Assembly (NCBI GenBank): GCA_963662655.2
Contig: CAXXTU010000002.1
Coordinates: 96,001-160,000 of the forward strand
From: Candidatus Cloacimonadales bacterium
GTDB lineage: Bacteria > Cloacimonadota > Cloacimonadia > Cloacimonadales > JAIOQZ01
Length of the DNA: 64,000 nucleotides
Reading direction: 5' to 3'
Of this stretch, positions 26,409 through 36,685 are shown piece after piece. A program made the position numbers and the translations under genes. Positions within the stretch are counted from its first letter, which is position 1. Each line of letters opens with the position of its first letter. The notes beneath the pieces are model-generated. The model was not told the DNA's origin, searched no databases, and was given only the letters and a program-made list of their open reading frames with translations.

Positions 26409-29054
26409 ATGAGGAGAACGCTGCTTGTCGCTTTAATCGCTGTTCTGGCGCTGTTTGTTTTTATGGATGCGGGAAGGATGTATCGTGGATATACCAACCC
26501 GAAGAAGAAATTGAATTACAAGCCGAAGTTCATCGAGCGTCCGTATGGCCCTAAGATCGCGAAAGAACCGGCTGCGCTTCCGAACGAGTGGATGGGGTAT
26601 CAGAGAATGTATCCTGCATTTTCCATGAACATGGACGCGCATCGTGAGGAGCTGCGTAAGGCTGCCGACATGAAAAGGCAGTCCTCCAACCGTATCTACG
26701 AGTGGGAGCTGGTGGGGCCTGCGAATATCGGAGGACGGATTACCGATATCGAGATTCATCCCGACGAGCCCGAGACATGGTACATTGGGGCGGCAACGGG
26801 CGGTATGTATAAAACGACGGACAACGGTTCCTCTTTCGTGAACGTTTTCACCGATCTTCCCACCATCTCGGTGGGCGACATCGCCATCGACCCCAACGAT
26901 ACGCAAGTGTTATACGTGGGAACGGGCGAAGCCAACTCATCCAGCCAGAGCTTCTTCGGCTCGGGCGTCTACAAATCGACGGACGCTGGGGAGACGTGGG
27001 AGTCTTCAGGACTGGAGAACTCCATCTACATCGGGCGCATGATCGTCGATTACAACGATTCGCAGCGTGTGTTCGCGGCAGTGTGCGGTAACCTGTTCAG
27101 TCCGAATCCGGATCGCGGCGTTTATCGCAGCGTCAACGGGGGGGCAGAGTGGGAACGGGTGCTTTTCGTTTCCGATTCAACTTCGGCGATCGACCTCGTG
27201 CAGCACCCGCAGAATCCGCAGATTCTCTACGCCGCCATGTGGGAGAGAATTCGGGGCAGGAACTATCGGAAATCGGGCGGACCGAGCTCGGGAATCTACA
27301 AGACGGAGGATGGCGGCGATACGTGGGTTGAACTCACCAACGGATTACCACTGAGCGAGTACGTCGGCAGGATAGGGCTTTGCATCTCGCATAGCGATCC
27401 GGACGTTCTATACGCCTTTTACGATAAACAGATGCAATCGTACGAAAGCTTCTCGTTCGATGGGCTATACAGAACCTCCAATGGCGGGGCATCGTGGGCG
27501 CGAACCGACGACAGCAGCCTGGACGACATCAACGCGAGCTTCGGCTGGTACTTCGGGCAGGTGCGGGTCGATCCCTCGGATCCCGACAGGATTTACGCCC
27601 TCGGCGTCGATCTCGTACGATCCGATGACGGCGGCGACAGCTACGATCACATTGCCGGGTACTGGAATTCGGACGAGATTCATGTGGATCATCACGCCAT
27701 GGTGATCGATCCCAACACGGGGCGCATCGTGGAAGGCAACGACGGGGGGCTTTACGTCAGCTATAACTACGGTGACGACTGGGCCAAGATCAATGTGCTT
27801 CCCATGACGCAGTTCTATGCGATCGAGATCGATCAAAATCACCCCGAGAGACGATACGGCGGAACCCAGGATAACAATTCCATTCGCACATTCACAGGGG
27901 CGTCGGATGACTGGATTGCCTTCCTCGGTGGTGACGGCTTTTACGTGAAAGTGGATGAAGCAAGTACTGACCAGGAATGGGTGTATGCTGAATCCCAGTA
28001 TGGTGAATTGTCCCGCGTAAATCCGACAACGGGATCGGGGCATTACCTTCTGAACAACCAGATGCAATCGGATCGGAAGAACTGGTCGACACCGATCGAG
28101 ACGGATTCGAACAATCCCGGGACGATCTACTACGGATCGTATCGGGTATGGAAATCGACAAATTCCGGCAACACATGGACCGCGATCAGCGAAGACCTCA
28201 CGCAAGGGAATACCGGTGGCGGTTACAATACGTTGACCACGATCGCTGTATCAGCCTACGGCGACGTCTTGACCGGTAGCGACGACGGACAGGTGTATTA
28301 CGGGCAATCGGGAACGAGCTGGGCGAATATCTCCGACGGGCTTCCGGACAGATGGATCACGCGTGTCGCATTCGATCCATTCGAGCCCACGAAGTGGTAT
28401 GCGACCGTCTCCGGCTTCCGCTGGGACGAAGACACGCCGCACGTGTTCCGCTACGACTTCTTTGATCAGGCGTGGACGGATATTTCGTCAAACCTGCCGC
28501 AGATTCCCGTCAACGTGATTCTGCCGGATCCTCTTCAGGAAAACGTCCTCTTCGTGGGAACGGACTGCGGCGTCTATTACACGCTCGATGGCGGTAACAA
28601 CTGGGAAAGCCTCTCCGAGAATCTTCCCAACGTTCCGATCATCGATCTCGATATGCACGTCGCTTCGCACTCCATGTACGCCGGAACCTACGGTTGTTCG
28701 ATGTACCGTATCGATGAGCTGCCACAGCTTTCCGTCGATACGCAGAGCGTGACGCAAATGCCTGTTCGCCTTAACCAGAATTCGCCGAATCCATTCTCGA
28801 TCACGGGTGGATCGCAGGGTACTGCGATTTCGTTCTCGATCCCGAAAGCGGCGAAGGTGGACCTCTCCATCTACAACGTGCGTGGACAGAAGATCAAAGT
28901 GCTGCGCTCGGATCGATTGGAGAAGGGTGATTATTCGTTACATTGGGATGGAACGGACTCCAGCGGTAAAAGCGTTTCATCCGGGGTTTATCTATACCGG
29001 CTGGACATGGATGGCAAGAAGGTGGCTGTCAGGAAGTGCACGGTTATAAAATAG
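26409..29054 (+). CDS. Secreted BNR/VPS10-type beta-propeller protein with C-terminal FlgD-Ig sorting domain
   Basis: Repeated S/T.D.G.TW Asp-boxes, GPANIGGR, HVDHH, GGTQDN, GGDGF; C-terminal QN.PNPF...IYNVRGQ.I..WDG.D..G..VSSGVYLY. Confidence 0.85.
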   Translation: MRRTLLVALIAVLALFVFMDAGRMYRGYTNPKKKLNYKPKFIERPYGPKIAKEPAALPNEWMGYQRMYPAFSMNMDAHREELRKAADMKRQSSNRIYEWELVGPANIGGRITDIEIHPDEPETWYIGAATGGMYKTTDNGSSFVNVFTDLPTISVGDIAIDPNDTQVLYVGTGEANSSSQSFFGSGVYKSTDAGETWESSGLENSIYIGRMIVDYNDSQRVFAAVCGNLFSPNPDRGVYRSVNGGAEWERVLFVSDSTSAIDLVQHPQNPQILYAAMWERIRGRNYRKSGGPSSGIYKTEDGGDTWVELTNGLPLSEYVGRIGLCISHSDPDVLYAFYDKQMQSYESFSFDGLYRTSNGGASWARTDDSSLDDINASFGWYFGQVRVDPSDPDRIYALGVDLVRSDDGGDSYDHIAGYWNSDEIHVDHHAMVIDPNTGRIVEGNDGGLYVSYNYGDDWAKINVLPMTQFYAIEIDQNHPERRYGGTQDNNSIRTFTGASDDWIAFLGGDGFYVKVDEASTDQEWVYAESQYGELSRVNPTTGSGHYLLNNQMQSDRKNWSTPIETDSNNPGTIYYGSYRVWKSTNSGNTWTAISEDLTQGNTGGGYNTLTTIAVSAYGDVLTGSDDGQVYYGQSGTSWANISDGLPDRWITRVAFDPFEPTKWYATVSGFRWDEDTPHVFRYDFFDQAWTDISSNLPQIPVNVILPDPLQENVLFVGTDCGVYYTLDGGNNWESLSENLPNVPIIDLDMHVASHSMYAGTYGCSMYRIDELPQLSVDTQSVTQMPVRLNQNSPNPFSITGGSQGTAISFSIPKAAKVDLSIYNVRGQKIKVLRSDRLEKGDYSLHWDGTDSSGKSVSSGVYLYRLDMDGKKVAVRKCTVIK

Positions 29055-29068
29055 TTGAAGAGGCACGA

Positions 29069-29419
29069 ATGAATACGAACGAAATCAGAGCGTATTGCCT
29101 TGGCAAGGCCGGCGCATTTGAGGATTTTCCCTTTGGCGACGATGTCCTCGTGATGAAGGTCGGATCGAAGATGTTTGCGATTCTCGCGGAGCATGAGGAC
29201 GGTCCCCGCATATCGCTGAAATGCGATCCGATGCTCGCACTTTCCCTGCGAGAGCAATATGCCTCGGTCAAGCCCGGATATCATCTGAACAAGCAGCATT
29301 GGAACACGATTCATGTGGATGGTTCGATACAACGCGAGAAGCTGGAGGAGTGGATCGATCTTTCGTACGATCTTGTGTATAAAACGTTGAAGAAGTCGGA
29401 GAAAGAGAAGATACGATAG
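29069..29419 (+). CDS. MmcQ/YjbR family DNA-binding protein
   Basis: DFPFG..V.KV..KMFA..LKCDP..LR..Y..V.PGYHLNK.HWNT..SY.LV. Confidence 0.92.
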   Translation: MNTNEIRAYCLGKAGAFEDFPFGDDVLVMKVGSKMFAILAEHEDGPRISLKCDPMLALSLREQYASVKPGYHLNKQHWNTIHVDGSIQREKLEEWIDLSYDLVYKTLKKSEKEKIR

Positions 29420-30127
29420 CTAAAGCGGGATGGATATCTTGAGGTTGTTGCCGTCGAGCGCAACCGATGAACAGAAATTGTTGATGATGTCGATGCCGTG
29501 GAAATGATCGCGCAATTCCAGATCGATACCGGAACGCTCGTAGTATTGACCCAGGTTTGTCTGGCACCCTTCATCCTGAATCTTGATCCAGAGCGACCGC
29601 GTTTCGGGGTTGAGCGTTACAACGCAATCGATGTGCTTCTCGCGAATCCCACCATTGCCATGTAAAATCGAATTCGCAATGATTTCTCGCAGTATGAGGG
29701 ATATCCGGAAGAGCGCGTTTTCTCCGTTTACGCCGTGACAGCTCCTGAGATATGTCAGGATGTTGGACAGCATGGTTTCAGACTCCGAGAAACTGCTCGC
29801 GATCCGGTACTGTAAAGAGCCGGTCCCGTTGCGGTGACTGCGGACGGCGTTTTCAATAACCTGGGCGAGCAGGAGTTGCGTAACAGTATGCGTGCAGACA
29901 ATGTGTGCCAGAGCGAGGTTTTCGCGATTGTCTGTCACTAGTTTTTTGCATTCGGTATCGCCAACGATGATTATATGATTGACAGGATAGTGCGTAAATT
30001 CCTTATTCTCAATGGAAATGAACTGCACATCAAGGATGTCTGGCCTCATAACTCCATCATTAGACAACAATTTCTGCAACGGCATTTTTTTCAATGAATT
30101 CGAAATGCACAGTTTTATTTTTTCCAT
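29420..30127 (-). CDS. RsbW-like HATPase_c domain protein (degenerate G-boxes)
   Basis: LILREIIANSILHGN N-box, IKIQDEG, terminal GNNLKISI. Confidence 0.65.
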   Translation of the reverse strand: MEKIKLCISNSLKKMPLQKLLSNDGVMRPDILDVQFISIENKEFTHYPVNHIIIVGDTECKKLVTDNRENLALAHIVCTHTVTQLLLAQVIENAVRSHRNGTGSLQYRIASSFSESETMLSNILTYLRSCHGVNGENALFRISLILREIIANSILHGNGGIREKHIDCVVTLNPETRSLWIKIQDEGCQTNLGQYYERSGIDLELRDHFHGIDIINNFCSSVALDGNNLKISIPL

Positions 30128-30264
30128 CAACTCACCTGCGTCTGTGTTCTATATGAGAAAATAAAGGAAAGCCTATGCAATCCCAATAAATAACGTTATT
30201 TTTACTCTTCGGGAGCAGATCGAAGCCGGGTTGCGGAATGTGGGTGTCGATAACCACCATCTGC

Positions 30265-30425
30265 GCGGCGGGGCGGCGTAGAATCACACGTCTGCCCGAT
30301 ACATATCTACGAATAATCGAAGCATAGACCTTTGAACGTGCGTAGATACGTATCGGGCTTTTCTGTGTGATTCTACAGGGCCGAAGGCCCTGTTAGTGCG
30401 CGAAGCGCACACGCCGCCCCGCCGC
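30265..30425. repeat. Four-way-junction palindromic element, copy A
   Basis: 15-bp outer stem 30265-30279/30411-30425; long arm 30280-30374; ACAGGGCC-GAA-GGCCCTGT; GTGCGC-GAA-GCGCAC. Confidence 0.85.
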
Positions 30426-30466
30426 TGGGTCGGGTGAGCAATCTTGAGTCAGCAGATAGCAAAACG

Positions 30467-30496
30467 AAAAGAGGCACGAAGTCAATTCGTGCCTCT
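30467..30496 (-). terminator. Terminator after purN
   Basis: AGAGGCACGAA/TTCGTGCCTCT 11-bp stem with T-run on minus strand. Confidence 0.7.
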
Positions 30497-30514
30497 CCAG
30501 ATGATTATCTATGA

Positions 30515-31147
30515 TTACAAAGCGTAGGTGATCAAGGATCTCTTCGCCGAGCGGCGTAATCGCTTATGCGAGCGCAGCAGACTCCAGATGGTCTTCGGAT
30601 AGAGACTATGCTCCTCTTTCAGAACTTTCCTCGCCACTTCTTCTGCCGTTTTGCATTGCCGGATGCTGACTGTTTTCCTGGCAATGATCTCACCGGCGTC
30701 GTATTCGTCGCTAACGTAATGTACCGTAACCCCAGAAGCGCCTTCCCGGGCCTCGAACACGGCTTGGTGAACTGCCATTCCGTACATTCCTTTCCCGCCG
30801 TACTTGGGTAACAGCGCTGGGTGGATGTTGATGACCGGGCAGCCAACCGTCTTCAGGAACTCGCCCGACAGTTTCCGCATGAATCCCGCGAGAACGATCA
30901 GATCGATCCGGTGGGCGTCGACAAGCGCGTGAAGCTGCTCCTCGAAAACTGCGAGATCGCTTGTCGGGAGGAAATGACACGGGACCTTCAGGCGCTCGCA
31001 GCGCTCCTTGATGGGCGCATCCTCCCGGTTGATGGTCACAAAGGATATCGAGACCGGTAAGCGATGCTTGTGGAAGTAGTTGAATATCGCTTCGAAATTG
31101 GAACCCCGACTCATGCCTGAGGTTAGAATCGCAATCCTGGCGCTCAT
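30515..31147 (-). CDS. purN: Phosphoribosylglycinamide formyltransferase
   Basis: RGSNF.AI, LAGFMR.L, INIHPALLP.YGG, GVTVHYV..YD.G. Confidence 0.95.
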   Translation of the reverse strand: MSARIAILTSGMSRGSNFEAIFNYFHKHRLPVSISFVTINREDAPIKERCERLKVPCHFLPTSDLAVFEEQLHALVDAHRIDLIVLAGFMRKLSGEFLKTVGCPVINIHPALLPKYGGKGMYGMAVHQAVFEAREGASGVTVHYVSDEYDAGEIIARKTVSIRQCKTAEEVARKVLKEEHSLYPKTIWSLLRSHKRLRRSAKRSLITYAL

Positions 31148-32940
31148 TTGCCCTGATCCTCCGAAACAATCTCCAGATATAGCTCTTCAAGCTGTTTGTC
31201 GGAAACATAGGACGGCGCTTCACTCATGAGGTCGACAGCCTTGAGCGTCTTCGGGAAGGGAATTACGTCGCGGATTGAATCGGATTGCGACATGATCATC
31301 ACCAGGCGGTCGATTCCCGGCGCGATACCGCCATGCGGCGGGGTGCCGTAATCGAGCGCGCGCAGGAAGAATCCGAATTTCTCCTGAAGCTCCTCTTCGG
31401 TGAATCCGAGGACGTCGAAAATCTTGCGCTGGATGTCGGGCCTGTGGCAACGGATGCTTCCCGAGGAAAGCTCCATGCCGTTGCAAACGAGGTCGTACAG
31501 TTCGCCTTCGATCCGGTGCCAGTCCTCTTCTTTATCGAAGTACTGGAGATGCTCTGCCTTGGGAAGAGTGAACATGTGGTGCGCGGTTTCCCAGCGCTGA
31601 TCGTCTTCGTTGTACTCGAAGAGCGGGAAGTCGGTAATCCACAGGAAGTTGTACTTGCTCTGGTCGATGAGATCGAGTTGGCGTGCCAGCTTGTTACGAA
31701 CCGCGTCAAGCACCTTGAACACGATCGTGTTGCGGTCCGCTCCGAAGAGGATCAAATCCCCGTCGTTCGCTTTCGACTCACTCAGGATTCCCGCCTTTTC
31801 GTCATCCACGAGGAACTTGGAGATACCGGCAGTCAGTTCACCGTTCTCCACCTTGCAGAACGCCAGACCTTTTCCTCCGACATGCTTTGCCACGTCGGTA
31901 AGCTCGTCGATCTGCTTGCGAGAGTATCCCGCGCATCCCGGAGCAACGATGCAGCGTACGCTTCCACCGGAACCGAGGGCCCCGTTGAATACCTGAAACT
32001 CGCTTTTCGAGAGGATGTGGCTAACGTCGCAAAGCTCCATCCCGAATCTCGTGTCTGGCTTGTCGCTGCCGTAACGGCGCATCGCCTCCGCGTAGGGCAT
32101 TCTCGGGAACGGCGTCACGAGCTCGATGCCGAGGATCTTCTTGTAGAGCTCCTTCATCAGTCCTTCGAGGATTTCGAATATCTCGTCCTGCGTGACAAAG
32201 CTCATTTCCACGTCGAGCTGCGTAAACTCCGGCTGGCGGTCAGCGCGAAGGTCTTCGTCGCGGAAGCAGCGTGCGATCTGGAAATAGCGGTCGAATCCTG
32301 CGATCATGAGCAATTGCTTGTATATCTGCGGAGATTGCGGGAGCGCAAAAAATTTACCCCGGTGAATGCGGCTGGGAACAAGGTAGTCCCTTGCGCCTTC
32401 CGGTGTCGATTTCATCAGAATCGGCGTCTCGATCTCGAAAAACCGATGTTTGACCATGTACTCGCGGATGGCGTAGACGATCTCGTGGCGCATGATGATC
32501 TTGCGTTGCAGCCTCTCGCGGCGCAGATCGAGATAGCGGTACTGGAGGCGAAGGTCTTCTTCGGCCAGAAGCTTCTCGTTCACCTGCACGGGCAACGGCT
32601 TGCTCTCGTTCAGAAGAAGTAAGCTTTCCGCGATCACCTCAACCGCTCCGGTTGGCATGTCCTTGTTGACGTTCTGCTCTTCGCGCGCCCTGACGGTTCC
32701 CGTCACCGCGAGAACGTATTCGTTACGCAGTCTGTGGGCCTTTTCGATTACAGCTTCGTTCTCGGGCTGGAAAATAATCTGGACGATGCCGGAGACGTCG
32801 CGCATGTCGATGAAGATCAGGTTTCCCAAATCCCTTCTTCGGTGCACGTGCCCCATCAATGTAATGGTTTGCCCGATGTTTTCCCAGGTGATTTCTCCGC
32901 AGTAATGCGTACGTTTGGTGTTACCGATCAAATCAAGCAT
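31144..32940 (-). CDS. aspS: Aspartate--tRNA ligase
   Basis: RTHYCG, RYLDLRR, TPEGARDY, ALPQSPQ, CFRDEDLRADRQPEFTQLD, PPHGG.A.G.DR. Confidence 0.98.
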   Translation of the reverse strand: MLDLIGNTKRTHYCGEITWENIGQTITLMGHVHRRRDLGNLIFIDMRDVSGIVQIIFQPENEAVIEKAHRLRNEYVLAVTGTVRAREEQNVNKDMPTGAVEVIAESLLLLNESKPLPVQVNEKLLAEEDLRLQYRYLDLRRERLQRKIIMRHEIVYAIREYMVKHRFFEIETPILMKSTPEGARDYLVPSRIHRGKFFALPQSPQIYKQLLMIAGFDRYFQIARCFRDEDLRADRQPEFTQLDVEMSFVTQDEIFEILEGLMKELYKKILGIELVTPFPRMPYAEAMRRYGSDKPDTRFGMELCDVSHILSKSEFQVFNGALGSGGSVRCIVAPGCAGYSRKQIDELTDVAKHVGGKGLAFCKVENGELTAGISKFLVDDEKAGILSESKANDGDLILFGADRNTIVFKVLDAVRNKLARQLDLIDQSKYNFLWITDFPLFEYNEDDQRWETAHHMFTLPKAEHLQYFDKEEDWHRIEGELYDLVCNGMELSSGSIRCHRPDIQRKIFDVLGFTEEELQEKFGFFLRALDYGTPPHGGIAPGIDRLVMIMSQSDSIRDVIPFPKTLKAVDLMSEAPSYVSDKQLEELYLEIVSEDQGK

Positions 32941-32965
32941 TTGTACTCCTGTATTTCATTATTTA

Positions 32966-35203
32966 TTAACACTTTGACCAGCCGCAGGCGGGGCACTTCA
33001 TGCACCCTTCCGCATACTCGATGTTACCGCCGCAGTCCGGGCAGGTACGATACATCTTGGGACGATCCTGTGCCAACGGTTCCTGCTTTTCGCTTCCTTG
33101 CAACTGAACTGCTTCAATCTCCTGAAGAGATGTCTCCAGCGCGGTTGCCACGCCGTCCGCGCAAGAGGAAATCACTTTGCCCTTATACCACATCGGAGAG
33201 GGGCACCGGATTCCCTTGAGCTGGCGAGTTATGGATTCAACCTTCACGTTGGAACGCAGACACAGGGAAACAAGCCGCGCGATTGCCTCCAACTGGGCTG
33301 ACGCGCATCCGCCGACCTTGCCCATCTGCGTGAAAAGCTCGCATGCGCCCTTTTCATCGCTGTTGATGGTCACATACATGTGCCCGCATCCGGTCTCGAT
33401 GCGCTGCGTGAATCCGCGCGTAACTTCCGGGCGGTTGCGCGGTGCGATACGCGCTTTATCGCTGGAAGGCTTCGCTTCCTTCTTGCCAACGTTGAGCACC
33501 TGGTTTTCCCGGCTGCCGTCACGGTAAACCGTAACTCCCTTGCAGCCGAGTTCCCACGCGAGTTCGAAGGCCATCTGCACATCTTCGCGCGTTGCCTCGC
33601 GCTTGAAGTTGATGGTCTTGGAAACGGCGTTGTCCGTGTATTTCTGGAAAGCGGCCTGCATCTTGATGTGCCACTCCGGTGTGATGTCGTGGGATGTTAC
33701 GTAGATCCGCCGAATATCTTCCGGTATCTCCTCGATGTGTGCCACGGAACCGGCATCGGCGATTTTCTCCATCAGCTCCTGGCTGGCGATTCCGGCGTTC
33801 TCGAGCGCTTTCTTCAGATATGGATTCACATAAAGAAGCTTTTCGCCGTCCATCACGTTTTTCACGAAGACGAGTGAGAATTGCGGTTCGATGCCGCTGG
33901 AGGTGTCGCAAATCATACTGATGGTTCCGGTGGGAGCAATGGTGGTGACGGTCGCGTTGCGCATGCCGTCTTTCGCCATCTTATCGATCAACGAATCCCA
34001 ATCCAAATTACCGCTGCGGATCACCTGCTTTTTATCGAAGATACTCTCTTTGTAGTTCGGGAAGGAGCCACGCTCGACCGCCAGCTCCACCGATTTGAGC
34101 TTGCCGTGGTAGTCGATGAATTCCATGATCTCTTTGGCCAGCTCGATCGCCTCGTCACTGTTGTAGGGGATTTCAAGCTGGTAAAGGAGATCGGCCCAGC
34201 CCATGACACCCAACCCGATTTTCCGGTTGGCTTCCACCATCTCCTGAATTTCCGGGAGCGGGAAATTGGAGCGATCGATCACATGGTCGAGGAACTCCAC
34301 ACTGTCGCGAACGATCTTCTTGCAGGCATCGTAGTCGAAAGCGGCGTCTTTCACGAAGGCGGCAAGATTGATGGAGCCGAGGTTGCAGGCTTCGTTGGGG
34401 AGTAGCGGCTGTTCGCCGCACGGGTTGGTGCTCTCGATCCTGCCGATATGCGGTGTTGGATTCTGCTGGTTGATGCGATCCAGGAAGATGACGCCGGGTT
34501 CGCCGTTTTTATGCGCCATTTCCACGATGAGCGAAAAGACGTCGCGCGCCGAGACCTTCTTGATGACTTCGCCGGTGTTGGGCGAGACAAGTTCGTATTC
34601 GGAATCCTGATGCACCGCCTGCATGAAGGCGTCGTTGATGGCGACGCTGATATTGAAATTGGTTAGCTCGGTCGTGTCTTCTTTGCAGGTGATGAAATCG
34701 ATCACCTGCGGATGGGTGATATCAAGCATCGCCATGTTGGCCCCGCGGCGTGTGCCGCCTTGCTTCACAGCGTCCGTAGCGGCGTTGAAGACCTTGAGGA
34801 AGGATATTGGCCCGGAAGATACGCCGTTCGTGGAACGAACCGGCGCGTCGGCTTCCCGAAGACGGGAGAAGCTGAAGCCTGTTCCGCCGCCGCTCTTGTG
34901 GATGAGCGCTGCGTTCTTGATGGTTTCGAAGATGCTTTCCATGCTGTCTTCGATCGGAAGGACGAAACATGCGGAGAGCTGTTGGAGGTCGCTTCCTGCG
35001 TTCATGAGCGTTGGTGAATTGGGGAGGAAGCAGCCCGAATCGAGCAGGGCTTCATATTTATTTCGAGCGTGATCGTCTCCACCGGCAATGTTGCTGGCCA
35101 CGCGCGCGATAAGCGATTGCCAGTCTTCGATGGTATTGCCGTCCTGGTCTTTTTTGAAATAGCGTTTTTCAAGTACTTTGAGTGCGTTTTCGCTGAGTTT
35201 CAT
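32966..35203 (-). CDS. nrdJ: Adenosylcobalamin-dependent (class II) ribonucleotide reductase with C-terminal TSCPD/Zn-ribbon
   Basis: PNSPTLMNAG, SACFV, GGGTG, RRGANM, TNPCGEQ, CNLGS, APTGT, C-terminal CPDC..CPAC; ATG at 35203 after GGAG. Confidence 0.95.
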   Translation of the reverse strand: MKLSENALKVLEKRYFKKDQDGNTIEDWQSLIARVASNIAGGDDHARNKYEALLDSGCFLPNSPTLMNAGSDLQQLSACFVLPIEDSMESIFETIKNAALIHKSGGGTGFSFSRLREADAPVRSTNGVSSGPISFLKVFNAATDAVKQGGTRRGANMAMLDITHPQVIDFITCKEDTTELTNFNISVAINDAFMQAVHQDSEYELVSPNTGEVIKKVSARDVFSLIVEMAHKNGEPGVIFLDRINQQNPTPHIGRIESTNPCGEQPLLPNEACNLGSINLAAFVKDAAFDYDACKKIVRDSVEFLDHVIDRSNFPLPEIQEMVEANRKIGLGVMGWADLLYQLEIPYNSDEAIELAKEIMEFIDYHGKLKSVELAVERGSFPNYKESIFDKKQVIRSGNLDWDSLIDKMAKDGMRNATVTTIAPTGTISMICDTSSGIEPQFSLVFVKNVMDGEKLLYVNPYLKKALENAGIASQELMEKIADAGSVAHIEEIPEDIRRIYVTSHDITPEWHIKMQAAFQKYTDNAVSKTINFKREATREDVQMAFELAWELGCKGVTVYRDGSRENQVLNVGKKEAKPSSDKARIAPRNRPEVTRGFTQRIETGCGHMYVTINSDEKGACELFTQMGKVGGCASAQLEAIARLVSLCLRSNVKVESITRQLKGIRCPSPMWYKGKVISSCADGVATALETSLQEIEAVQLQGSEKQEPLAQDRPKMYRTCPDCGGNIEYAEGCMKCPACGWSKC

Positions 35204-35226
35204 CGAATCTCCATTTATTGTTATAT

Positions 35227-36678
35227 CTATTTGTCTGTCCAATATTTATAAAGCTCGTTGAACGAGCAAATCCAACCGTTGTTCTTCTTCGCCCTCAGGA
35301 TCGATTCCTTGTACAGGTTGCCCCAGCCCGGGTAATCGATGTTATCGAAAGTCCGGTAATGCCACAGGAGCGAGAGGTGCCCTTTCTGCTTGCGGGTGTG
35401 TTTGATGCGGTTCAGGAGCCATCTTCGGCCCGATTCGAAATTCTGGTTCATGGCGATGGGCGAGAAGAGACTTACGTCCATCACGTGCATGGGGATTTCC
35501 AGGATGTTGAACGGGCGGTTCTCACTAAGATTGAAAGGCTTGAACGGGAAGGAAATCCCGGCTCGATACCCCGCGTGCTCCCAATAGCCCAAGGTGCTGT
35601 CGTAGAGTATTCCCGCCTTCTCGAGGATCGCGAAGGTTTCCTGGAAGGAGAACGCCAGCCGGTGGCTTCTGCTTCCGATAGGGTGGAAGCCCATCTCGCG
35701 CAGCAAACCGAGCTCTTTGTCGAGTTGCTCCAGCGAGAACGCGGCCTCGGGACTCGCGTGCAGTTCCGCGCCTGTCTGGTTCAGGAGGGTGTAGAAATTC
35801 TGAATCTCCGTTCGGTACTCCGGGTCCACGACGTAGTTCTTGCGCGGGTCCGGGTTGTCCTCCATCGCCAGCAGGAAGGAGGTCGATTGCACGCTGTGCT
35901 TGTGCTCGAACGCGATGACCCGCGAGTGTCTGCGCGTGGGATTGTAGAACAACCGCTTGTCGAGATTGTGGAAGAGCATCTTGTACATCGATTTCAGCGG
36001 CTGTTTGGTGAACCTGCCGAGGTTGTACCGGTTCATTCGCTTGATCTCTTCGGGCGTCCAGTAGTTCCAGTAATCCACGTCGTGCGAGAGCGTCATACAG
36101 AAATCTTTGTTCTCCGGCCAGCGCGGTTTGCCCGAGAACTCGGGGATCCTCATGCTGAAAGCGCGATCCAGCATGTCCACGTAGTAATCCACCACGGGGA
36201 TATCCGCGAAATCCCAGAATTTCTGGTGCGATTCCTGGAAATCGTAGCGGTTTTCGGGAGAAAGCTTCTGCCCGGAGGCATACTCCTGCCAACATGTCAG
36301 AAAGTAGAACGCCGACGAGATGATGTCCTTGCTGATGCAGATGCACCGTTCTCCGATTTCGAATATCTCACCTGCTGAAGAGAACAGGAATGGCAGCATC
36401 ACTTCATTGTACTTCTGGAAGCGGAACTCGTCGTTCGGGTACATCTCTTTCTTGCTGAAGAATGTATTCGCCTGCGGATTGTGGTAGATATGAACCGGGT
36501 ATCGCTCATCCGCCTTCTCGCCGTAATAGACGTGGATCTGGGCAGAAGAATACCGGTAGTAGAATTTGGGTTGCAAGCCCAGAATCCTGCAGAACTGCCG
36601 GAAAACATACTCGCTCTTCGGGATGTACGGTTTCTCGACATCCACCAGAATATTCAGTGTCGCTTTAAAATATTCCAT
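35227..36678 (-). CDS. Polysaccharide deacetylase-like protein
   Basis: SHDVD, ELHAS, GSRSH.L, YDSTLG, G+RAG, EIP, LLWH. Confidence 0.75.
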   Translation of the reverse strand: MEYFKATLNILVDVEKPYIPKSEYVFRQFCRILGLQPKFYYRYSSAQIHVYYGEKADERYPVHIYHNPQANTFFSKKEMYPNDEFRFQKYNEVMLPFLFSSAGEIFEIGERCICISKDIISSAFYFLTCWQEYASGQKLSPENRYDFQESHQKFWDFADIPVVDYYVDMLDRAFSMRIPEFSGKPRWPENKDFCMTLSHDVDYWNYWTPEEIKRMNRYNLGRFTKQPLKSMYKMLFHNLDKRLFYNPTRRHSRVIAFEHKHSVQSTSFLLAMEDNPDPRKNYVVDPEYRTEIQNFYTLLNQTGAELHASPEAAFSLEQLDKELGLLREMGFHPIGSRSHRLAFSFQETFAILEKAGILYDSTLGYWEHAGYRAGISFPFKPFNLSENRPFNILEIPMHVMDVSLFSPIAMNQNFESGRRWLLNRIKHTRKQKGHLSLLWHYRTFDNIDYPGWGNLYKESILRAKKNNGWICSFNELYKYWTDK

Positions 36679-36685
36679 TCTCTTG

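Noticed and set aside
30265..30425. Junction elements as integron attC sites, tRNAs or CRISPR repeats
   Set aside because: No RYYYAAC/GTTRRRY ends, no D/T-loop consensus, no regular repeat-spacer array
31285..32622. Long antisense ORFs (also 20146-21558, 51138-52520, 35218-36378, 43387-44478)
   Set aside because: Shadows of conserved genes caused by codon bias; no recognisable motifs
35205..35260. NrdR box or cobalamin riboswitch before nrdJ
   Set aside because: Only a weak partial match (TTATATCTAT), and the intergenic gap is too short for a riboswitch
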